A stretch of DNA of 64,000 bases from NCBI RefSeq assembly GCF_964355755.1, contig NC_092674.1, positions 8,680,001 through 8,744,000 on the forward strand, in the 5' to 3' direction. Origin of the DNA: Antedon mediterranea (taxonomy: Eukaryota > Animalia > Echinodermata). A program made the translations under genes and the position numbers. The first letter of the stretch is position 1, and each line of letters begins with the position of its first letter. Positions 49,310 to 59,905 of this stretch are shown here, one piece after another. A model generated the notes under the pieces. That model ran no database searches. It was given only the letters and a program-made list of their open reading frames with translations, and had not been told where the DNA came from.

Positions 49310-51250
49310 AGGAGGATGATGTTATATTGATTTATGAAAGAAAACCAACTCCAGCACAGATTGCGATGGCTCTCAGATTGAAGCTGCCTCCAACATTCTA
49401 TCTCTATGAATACAAGAAACCGTGCCCTGGTTGTATTGGTTGTGAAGATATCAATCTGGCAATGTTGTATAAAAAGGAAAACAAAGTTTTCAAAGATGCC
49501 ACTCAGGCCAGTACTACTATCTTGCAAGACCCTAAACCAACACAAGAATGTAAGTTTTTCGTATATACAGAAAAATGTTTTTGAAAGGTATTTTTAGACC
49601 TTGTTTATATTTAATTTTTTATATATATATATATATATTCTTTTTCAGCAACTTCTACAGAACCATTGATGTTTGGAGGAGGATCGTCCACCTCTTTGAC
49701 CTTTGCGTCTGTCACAGATGGCAAACAAAATACTCCAGATTTTATGAAACAACGTAATTCACTTTTTACTTTTAAATTTTTACAATTAACTCGGTACTGA
49801 TTTGTTAAAAATGTATTGTCCCCAAAAAACATGAAAAATGAAGATTAATTAAATCAGATTTGAATAGGTTATTTTGTAGTTTTAATAAAGTTAATCACCT
49901 CCGTAGAAAAAAATAATGTTTTCACTTATAACATAACATAATAAATAAATTACAGTTTTTTTCAGATAAATAAATTTTGTTTAGATCCAATTTTTTTTCA
50001 AAAGCCCCTTTCTCACAGAGCTGTGTGCCAGGAATATTGCGGGAATATACCATTACCATGCCGGTATGGTTTTCTGTGAGAACGGGTCGTCTTGGCATCA
50101 TGCCGGCATCGACATGACCTGCTTTAGACCTGTAATATTCTAGGTATATTCTGTGAGAACGTAACGCTGTTATATTCCGGGGTTATATTTAATTCCTGGT
50201 CGAGTCTTTGACACCTTGCGCGGTCAAATGTATCACTTTGGCGCCGATTCAATTCAATTAACAATAATAATGTCGAACTGGAGGGATAATGAGATAAGAG
50301 ATGTGCTTAAATAAGGCGACAAAAAGAAATTTGTAGCATAATTTATAGGCCTAGCCTCTAGGCCATAGCTCTTTTGTTGGTGCCTGACCCTTTGTCACCT
50401 TGTAAATTGTACAGCCTTCTAAGGTGTTTTACATATTGCTGATGACGGCTAATTAATTGCTGCTGGCTGTACCTGTATAATATATGCACAATATACTGTA
50501 CATAGCATGTATTGCATAAATATGCTATTAAGGAAGATAATAACCTGTAACTTAAAATAAGTACAAAAATACAACAACAAAAATAATAACAATAAAGGAC
50601 GCCCTCAATAATTATTTTGTCGGAGACTTTTATTGGCCGAATATGCCCGACTCCTTTCTCACAGAAAGCCAGTATATACCGGTTATATTTCCGGCACGAT
50701 AGTCCGATGAGAATGGGTATATGCGGGTAACGATACCGGCATGACGCCAACATAATACCGGTATATTGCAGGCACATCTGTGAGAAAGGGCTAAAGTGGA
50801 TAACTATTATGTGATATTAAAAAAAAATATTGTAAAAAATTTTTTAGGGGGACAATACATCTTTAATAGAACAACTTAAATAATAAAGTTCACTTTATTT
50901 CAGAATCTGCAAAGGCATTCTCTTGGACAAGTGCTGGCGCACAGCTGTTTAGCTCTAGTGCAGGAGGCGATGATGAGTACGACCCACATTATGAAACTAT
51001 TGTGACTTTGCCTGAAGTTGTCGATCTTAAAACTGGAGAGGAAGACGAAAACTGCCTTTATAAAGATCGTGCCAAACTGTACCGATTCAACAAAGATATA
51101 AATCAGTGGAAAGAGCGTGGAGTTGGAGATGTCAAATTCATGCAGAATAAGAACACTGGTAGGATACGTGTACTAATGCGTCGTGATCAGGTATTGAAAG
51201 TGTGTGCTAACCACATGATCACAGCAGACCTTGATATGAAAGCTATGTAA
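49310..51250 (+). CDS. Downstream exons of chimera copy 2: IR motif exon 49310-49549, exon 49649-49753, truncated RanBD1 exon 50904-51250
   Basis: Near-identical to parental exons with intact splice sites; a 195-bp deletion in RanBD1 ends in TAA at 51248-51250. Confidence 0.65.
49809..50862. mobile_element. Kolobok-like element with nested MITE (~50004-50792)
   Basis: TTAA duplication at a site that is empty in the parental intron (~27742); TIR aaatgtattgtcccc / ggggacaatacatct; inner TIR gcccctttctcacaga / tctgtgagaaagggc. Confidence 0.85.
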
Positions 51251-51527
51251 AAACCAAAAGAGGTTTGTACATTATTTAGCTTTAATGGGGAACTGAAAGT
51301 GTCTTCTGCCTCATAATGTTTTACAAACATTTTTATATAAATCTATATTTATATAATATATATAAATGAAAATAATAATACATATACTTTATAATTATCC
51401 ATAATTTACGATTATTAATTAGTTTATTAATGTGTAGTGTATAATGTAGTTATTCAGAGATTATGACATTAGTCTTCAAAGAATTTCGTATGTATTAATG
51501 TTTCTATTTTAAACTTTTCCTGATTAG

Positions 51528-52977
51528 ACTTTTGCTGACAAGTTCAAACCAAAAGCAGGAACATGGACATGCGACACTTGTCTTGTTAACAATCCTCCTG
51601 ACACAGTTAAATGTCTTGCTTGTGCTACACTCAAACCAGGAGCAGCACCACCTCAATCGGCAGCTGCATCAACTAAACCTTCCGGAGCTACTAGATTCAG
51701 GTTTGATGGTCCAACTAGTTCACCACAAACTTCAAAATTCAGTTTTGGTGGAGGTTCTGGTCCTGCAAGTGATGTTAAATCTCAGTCTGGTTTTTCTTTT
51801 GGAAAGCCAGCAAATGTTGCAGACAGTAAACCTTCAGAATTTTCTTTTGGAAAGTCCACTGGTGGTGCTGCTGCTCTCCCCTCCACAGGCTTTTCATTCG
51901 GACAAGCCAGTGGTACGCCTACCTCAGACTTTTCTTTTGGTAAAACTGATGAAGGTAATAAAGCAGACTCAACAACTAGCAAGCCATCTGGGTTCTCTTT
52001 CGGCCAGACAAGTGACAGTAGTCAGCAACCACCAACTGGTGGATTTTCATTTGTTGCTGATTCAAGTGAAACAGCATCCCCAGTCCAACCGAAAGCAGCA
52101 CCTGCTGTCACTACTGATGTTACTGCTGAAAAATCAATGGTAAACAATTTCAATATTCTTTCAATATAATATATTTTGTTCCGTAAAACAATAATACTAT
52201 TTTGCTTTGATGGCCAATTGGGAGATAATTTCTTTTTGATGCGTCATGGTTCCTACAAAACACTTCCCAACTCTTTTATTATTTAGTAGATAAATATAAT
52301 ACCTTTATTAATTATCTTAACACTTTTTAGACTTTAGCAGAACGATTAAAACCTAAACCAGGATCCTGGTCTTGTCCTACATGTTACTGCCAGAATTCTG
52401 CCGAACAGAAGAAATGTCCAGCATGCCAAACCTGCCAACCAGGTAGTCAACCAGAAGCATCTAGTTCAACTGCACCTTCTAGCAGTTCTTTCCAATTTGG
52501 CAGCAGTTCAGCTTTCGGACAGTTGCAAGGAAGTAGTCAAGAAGGTGCCGTGGCACCAACAACACCTACAAAGACTTACTCATTTGGTTCTTCTGGAAAG
52601 GTATTGCCGCAATTCTCTTCAAGGTGGTGAAACTACTGGCGCCACTTCAAAACCCGTCTCAACTGGATTTACCTTTGGGGCAACACCAGCATCCAGTGGA
52701 TTCATATTTGAAAATAACCAGAATCAAAATGCATCCGAAGAACAAGCTCTTAATCTTTCATCACCAAAAAAGACAGGCAGCCCAAGCTGTAAATTTTCAG
52801 AGATACCAAAATCATTCACCTTTCAATTCAAAATGGATCCTTATGAAGCAGCAAATGCACCACCAGCATCTCCAACAAAATCACCTGGTATTCAGCGATC
52901 ACCTGGTCTAATCAAATCACCTGGTCTAGATAAGTCAGGAGATGATTCTTATTACAAAGATGATGACAATGATGGTC
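51528..52977 (+). pseudogene. Duplicated RanBP2 ZnF1 and ZnF2/FG exons (51528-52139, 52331-~52977)
   Basis: Near-identical to 28604-30056; frameshifting deletion at ~52620; homology stops just before RanBD2. Confidence 0.9.
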
Positions 52978-54129
52978 AGTTTTTAGACTGGCTATTGCTT
53001 CGTAATCATCATCGCCATTTAAGATATTAATGAAGAGTCACAACATCATTGCATTATTACAATAGAATATACTGTTATCAATCCTGTAGAGCGTTTAGCT
53101 TCTAAATATGTATATTGTTGCAAACATAATATGCCACTTCATTTCTTTTGTGGTAGCTGTAAAGTTCCAGTATGTTTAGGATGCACACTTGTTGAACATC
53201 CTATATCTGATGGTCATAAAATAATCAATATAGAAAATGTATTTGAGCTATTCACAAAACTTTCAGAAAGTTTTAATTGCAAAGCAGCTGAAAGAGAAAG
53301 AGGAATTAGAAATGGTGAATTACAAAAAGTGTGAAGCAAAAATCACAGAAGAAGCTGACATCAATTGATTGATCATTATAAAAAAGTCCAACTGCAATCT
53401 CTCGAATCATCTCACTGGGTCCGTGGAGGGCCTAATCCAGTTAAACTTGATGACCAGTAATAATACATTTAACATTTAATCAGTGCCACTGTAAGTGATG
53501 TTGAATTAGCGATTGCTAAATTTTCCAGTATGCAGGGAATTGCACGTACCTTGATACATAGGCCAAACCATGCTATGGCACTAAGTTCAAGTTCCGATGT
53601 TTCTAAACAAATAGGCCAACTTGACAAACAACGTAACATTTCTGATGATATGCTCACATTAAATTTATCTGAATACAATAATACCAGATTTGAAGTGAAG
53701 CCTGTTGGTATTTTACACGGCGATGATTATAAAGCAGTAACCATGCCTAAAGATGGTCTAAAAACTGAAGAGGAAAGTGAAAACTGTTCTTTGAAAGATC
53801 TTACCAACTTATGGTGTTTTAATAAGGATGAAAATAAGTGGATAGAATATGACGGTGATACTGTCAAATTTATTCATACAAAGAAAACTGGTAGGATGGA
53901 AATGCAGATACTGAACATCAGTGAAAACAGCATAGTCACAGCAGACAGTAAGATAAAGGCTATTCCATCATCAGACCATGCCTGGGTTTGGAGTGAAGCA
54001 GGAATGAAGAAATATGCACTAATATTTAAGGAGCCAATATTGTTAGCACGAGAATTCAAAGAAAATTTGATAAGACGAAGAAAAAGCTTGTTAATAAAGT
54101 ACTTGAGGAAGAAAGGGTTCCACTTCTAG
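52978..54129 (+). pseudogene. TRIM-RanBD chimera copy 3, 5'-truncated and frameshifted
   Basis: B-box2 (CKHNMPLHFFCGSCKVPVCLGC), broken coiled coil, then diverged RanBD (KDLTNLWCFNKDENKW..DHAWVWSEAGMKKYALIFKEP) collinear with copy 1. Confidence 0.88.
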
Positions 54130-54301
54130 ACCCCCTTGAGCCAGAAGAAAAGGTTTGTAAATCCAGTACCATTATTGAAAATGGAAAATAAAAATAATAT
54201 TATCATAAGTGATAAAAAATTTACATAAATACCTAAAATTGATGACTCGAAATTTAGTTATTCACAGATTCAGTTATTCTATTTTAAATTTCTTTTATTA
54301 G

Positions 54302-54400
54302 AAATAAAATCACATGGCAGAAAATTGGAAATGCCCTCTTTGCCGTAATATTAATAGGATTAGTATATTGTATTGTCGTATTTGTTGTGGCAAAAGACCA
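54302..54400 (+). pseudogene. Diverged RanBP2-type zinc-finger exon belonging to chimera copy 3
   Basis: WKCPLCRNINRISILYCRICCGKRP fits W-x-C-x2-C-x3-N-x6-C-x2-C; the preceding acceptor resembles the parental ZnF1 acceptor. Confidence 0.7.
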
Positions 54401-54409
54401 CTATCACTA

Positions 54410-54499
54410 TCCAGTCTATACAGCAAGAACGCAACATGGCCCAACATTGCTTAATTTTGGTGATGACGAGAAACGGTGTTTCAACACGCCATGGCCGTA
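54410..54499 (-). pseudogene. 5S rRNA-derived fragment (5S pseudogene or SINE3 head)
   Basis: Minus strand tacggccatggcgtgttgaaacaccgtttctcgtcatcaccaaaattaagcaatgttgggcc resembles the 5' half of metazoan 5S rRNA. Confidence 0.65.
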
Positions 54500-56999
54500 A
54501 ATTAAAGATTTGAATATTATACTGTAATAACAGGATTAAAGCTGTTCACAATGATTAAAGATTTTAAGAAAACCTAGCAGTAAACTAAAGCTAAAATTAA
54601 AGTGTTAGAGACCATTTTATTTATTAGGGTTGATATGAACAAATATTATACATAAAATTATGTTATTGTCATTTTCTTGGCTTATCTACACTATATTTAA
54701 TTTTAAATTTACTTTATGTAAAAATACATAGTTATAACATTTATTACTGACATTTCAAATAAATACTGTACATTTAAAAAAGATTTTCCGGGAGAACACT
54801 AAAAGTTAATTTAGCTTATTTTCATTAAGAACCTTTTATAATCTGAAATAAATAGGCTAATCTAAAAATTTAAAAAGTATTATGTAACAGAAATTAATAT
54901 ATAAAACAAATTGATTAAAAATGATAATGATGACTAGTTATTTGATTTGAAAGTACTAAAATGTAATTTAACTTTTTTCTTTAAATTATTCTTGTTTTCA
55001 ATTTGCTGAATAGATTGAGGGATGTTATTCTATGCCATTATGCCTGTATAATAAAAAGATTTTTAGATATTTGATTTTAAGATTTAGGATCTTAAATAAC
55101 CATTAATACAACTAAATACTTCTAGTCATATATTGGTGGTTAGATGAAACTACTTAAAATTTTCCAGTCAAAAAAGGTACTGATTTCCCATAAAACATTT
55201 TATGAACATGGATAACTTGAAGTTGTTTTTCTATCCTCTAGACACGGTTACCCAATATGTTTGGTTGAAATTGTTTATCTAATATAAACCTAGAAACGTT
55301 ATTTTGAGTGGTTTGAAGACTTTGTTTAAGCTTTTGAGAAACACCTGAAAACCATAAGCAACATGCATAACCAATGTGACAATTATTGAGTGAAGAATGT
55401 TACATAAAAAAATGTAGACATGCAGAATGAACTCCAGAAGTTATTTGAGATCGTATCACGTCATCTTCATGTCAAACTTTAGGAAATGCTTTTTTTACAT
55501 TCTGCAAAATTTATGAATTCTCTCATTGCAAAATGATTAAAGATATATTTTCCCCATGAATTTTTTATTTTATTTTTTGTTTAATATGCCATTTTAATGT
55601 CACATATTAGTTATTAACTTTGACCAAAAATTGGATCGAAAAAAAACACATTAATTTACCTGAAAAAAATGTAATTTCAAGCAAAAATATCTAAATTGTT
55701 TTAGGTTACAATTAACAGTTTTCTTTTTATAAGTGAAAAACTTTTTTTTCTACACAAGTAAATATATATATATTTTTTTAAACTGCAAAATGGCCTATTC
55801 AAAGTCTTAGTAATCTTCATTTTTCATGTTTTGGGTGGACAATACAATCTTACATAGAACCCTGAGTATGCTAGTATTAGAGTCAATTGTAAATTCACTT
55901 TTAAAAATACCAATCTCCCAATTTTTTAACCAGCAATTCAACAGGTTAAGATGTTTTGATAGTGAATACCCACAAATGCACACTAATACATTTTTAACTG
56001 ACACTGTTTGGTCAAATTATATCATACATTTTTTTTAGGATTTTTTATCTATTTAACAAAAATAGAAATAGATTAGGTAGAATATTAATTATAAGTAGGA
56101 CAAGAAAAATAGAATGAAGACATTTTAATAATGATATTTGAATAATTAAAATGAGCTCCAAAAACATATTTAACAAGAAATATTTCTTACAAAAAATGCT
56201 GCTCGACTTGTTGACGTAACAGTTTAATTTTTTTAATTATTGTTCTTTCTTCATTAAATGATTCTTTTGTTTAAAATTGATATTCTATTTAATAAATTAA
56301 CAATAATTTTGTGTAATCCTAACGTAAACTATTAATTAGGCCTACTTTACATATTCCATGGTAGGGGGCTCCCTAAAGGTGGTAGTGACCCACATACTCC
56401 AACATTCCCAGTCAACAAAATATACCACTAGCCGTCAATAAACGTCTATCTATACACACCATTCGCCAAAAATATTTACCATAGAGGAGGAAGGATTGTT
56501 TTGACTATTAGTCAATGATAAATTGATGGTATTAATTTATACCCGGCCTACGTTAACGGCCAAAACAAAAACATTGTTTATATTGAGTCTGAGATGTCTT
56601 TACATACATCTCATAGACAGTTTACTACTGTATAACAAATGAACTACTATGCAAAATGTATAACTGCAGGTGGTGTTTCTACTCAATATTCAATTTTTCA
56701 ATAGCGCCCTCTATTGGAGTGTATAGGAGCTGTCAATTTCCGATCACCACGGGACGGGACGTACGTATAATTATTATATGAATTTCTTGGAAGGTGATCC
56801 TGCTATCCATATTAAAATACATGTCAATGACAAATACTGGATTGATAATGGAAACTAAATAAGTAATTGCTAATTAGAAAATAGCGTTGTACACTTTTAA
56901 ATGAAAAAATTAAGTTCAATAAAAATGTGGGACTCTTGTTTCTTGTTTATTATTTATTGTGCATGCAAAGCGCATGTTGAAAAAAAATTAATGTTATGA

Positions 57000-57110
57000 A
57001 AATCTAGCGCATGCTCATACTTAGAAGATGGCGGTCTGCTGCATAAACAATCACACAGTGTAGGGATGTATCGTCCATATTTTACTCATTATTTTCCAGT
57101 ATAAGGTAAG
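57000..57110 (+). promoter_or_regulatory. Possible promoter and first exon of the next gene
   Basis: gcgcatg motifs, YY1-type aagatggcgg at ~57025, AG|GTAAG donor at 57106, locally raised CpG content. Confidence 0.4.
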
Positions 57111-59754
57111 ATTTAAGAATGTTTTGCTATTTTTGGACTTTACTTGAAGTAGATAGTTGTAAAACGTATTTTTAGTTATTGACTTACGGTGTGAACACTG
57201 AGTTTTCAGTTACTTTTCTGCGGTGACAGCCTACGCTGGCTCGATCGGGCAGCCTGAGTCTGAGAGTGAGCACCCCGCCAGCTGTTTGTATTGTGGGGTA
57301 TCGTATGCTTTTGAAAATAGAGCAATGTAGGTCTGAAAAATTAATCGTGTGTAACCGGATTACCACTTTTCTTTACATTAATTACATGTTGTATGTTATG
57401 AACATTTAAAATGAATTATGGTAAGACGTACGTCAAATAATTTTAGTTTGCATAATCGTCATTTCTGTTGTCACGTTCGTCTGTCACTTTAGCCTATGCC
57501 AACACAGTGAGTAACGTAATTAAACCGTCCGTGACCTCTCGTCGATAAAAATTCGGTCTCAATTTTCCATAACACACTGCAGTACACCGTCTGTCGGCTT
57601 ACTTCTGGAAAAGCCTTTACTATGAATGTTATACCTCCCATTTACTTACACTGCCTGGTATGCTGTACCTTAAATATGTAAGTGCAATTGAATTTTCAAA
57701 TCGTTATTGGAAGTTAAACGTCCATTGTCATCCTACATTCTGGCATTCACGAATGATAAGTACCTCAAGTGAAAATTCTTTATTTTTAACTATAAATAAT
57801 ATTTTTATATGGATTATCTGTCAAAGTTTACGAAAATGGTAAGTATGCACATTTATTATGTGTAGCCTAGATTTAGACCTTGTACAAAATCAAAAGGTCT
57901 GTTGTGATCCTTCCTGCTACATTGTCATTAATTGTTGAATCAATCACAGCATCAATAAATTTTTTTTTCAAATTTTTTTAGCAATTTTAGCCCGAGTTCT
58001 AAAAAGCTGTCTTTGCTATTAAAAATCAAAATGAACAATTCATTCATTTAATTTCTTTTTTTTTTCTAATTGAAAACCCATCCTTTTGCCAAAGAGTAAG
58101 TAACCATAGGAAGCATACAAGGTTGATAAAAGCTTTTGTGGTTCTGTTGTCATGGTGATGTCAGTCATTAATATTTTATTTCCCATAAGTCTCAAAGCAT
58201 AGTAATAATCAATTTTTATCATTCATTAACGTGATTTTTTAATGATCATCCGGCTAAATGTTGTTATTATATATTTTGGTTGGGTATTTCCCACTTTCCT
58301 ACAATTAATAATCACATGTTATAATTATGGATACCATCTGTATATGTATTCTAATAGTCATACTGTCCATTTCCATAATATTTTCCAATTACAAAATGGA
58401 ACTGTATTTGTTTGTATACAGTTTACCAATGTATAGTTGTCCCACAAGGCCTGTTGTATTGTTTAAAAAGTTGGCCTACAGTGATAAACCAACCTGTATG
58501 ATTACAGTATATTATCATAAAGAACAGAATATAATATTTTAAGCCAAAAACATCACCAGTTTTCGACAACATTAACCAACAATTAGATAAACTATTAACT
58601 ACCACACACTCAAATCTAATTGGCTAATTCATGTGGTGTACTTTAATCTTGTATCGTGTGTTACTTAGTAAAGAATTTAGTTGTTATGTTATTATGAAAC
58701 TATAATTACCTATTATTGTTTTATTACTTTATAATATTATAATAATAGTTGATGTACGGCTCTGAATATTCTACTGATTCCTCATCAATACAATTGTGAT
58801 GAACTAATGAAAGCAGTTAGAAATGGTGAAACTAAAATTAATGGTGAGACAAAAATTAATATTCAAGCAAATTGCAAACAATATCAAAGAACAATTTGCA
58901 AAATCTTAATGTGGACATTCAGGGCGATTTATGGACCTGTTTCTGTTGCATAAAAATAAATCGGTGTGAATAAATTAACTCCATTTTCTTGGGAGCAGAA
59001 ACAGATTTGTGGTAACCGGTTAAAAGGCAGCGCAAAATAACCGGTTAAAAACACCCATTCAATTTGGTGTAAGACTTTTTCTTAAAGAATGAAGAATTGC
59101 TAACACAATATTTATAATCTTTCAAAAAATTGAGGGAAAAAAAATGTTAAGTTACATTTTAGCTATCAAACTAGCGCTTCGCCTTGGCCAAGTGAGAGGC
59201 TGGTACCTACAGTACATTTTTTCCATCAAGAATAATTTTTCTTGTGTAGAAAAAATGTCCTCTCTATTCAAATTGGAGCTTAATAAAGTCAAATATGAAC
59301 TGCTATTTTGCGATTTATAACAAAAGCTATAACTTGTTTTTAGTACAGTATTATTTATAGTATTCCATCAAAGAATTTGACTGTGTTAAATTTAATTTTT
59401 TTCATTTAACTGGTCATTTTTGTAATTTGTCCCATTTCTGACGAAAGAAAGCAGTTATTTTCTCAAAGGAGAAACCAATTCTTAAAACTTGCACAAAGGA
59501 ATAAGGAAGTTTTTGTTTAAGGTCAGAAGTAGGTTGTACATGACAGGAAGCAATTGTTAATTTTAAATGTGCTACAGTAAAATGTTAGGGATTGTTCCAT
59601 CAAAAACTTTAACAATGGAAGCTACTCCATATTTTTTTTTAAAGAGAAAAAAACATTTACTGTATTTTAGTGTGAAGAGTTAAAATTTGGTATACAGTAA
59701 TCTTGTACATTACCCTATTGCCTATCCCACACCCTCATATCCTATCCACCTCTT

Positions 59755-59905
59755 CGCTCCCTCTCTCTTCCAGTATCTCCCTCCCTCCCTACAGTACCTC
59801 CCTTCGTCCCTACAGTATCTTCCTCCCTCCCTACAGTACCTCCCTCTCTCCCTACAGTACCTCCCTACAGTACCTCCCTCCCTCCCTCCATACAGTACCT
59901 CCCTC
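59755..59905. repeat. Pyrimidine-rich ~21-bp minisatellite (ctccctccctccctacagtac)
   Basis: About 7 imperfect tandem copies. Confidence 0.85.

Noticed and set aside
33954-54129. Calling the TRIM copies by a vertebrate gene symbol (TRIM56, TRIM45 etc.)
   Set aside because: The RBCC is generic and the C-termini are RanBP2-derived; orthology cannot be assigned from sequence alone.
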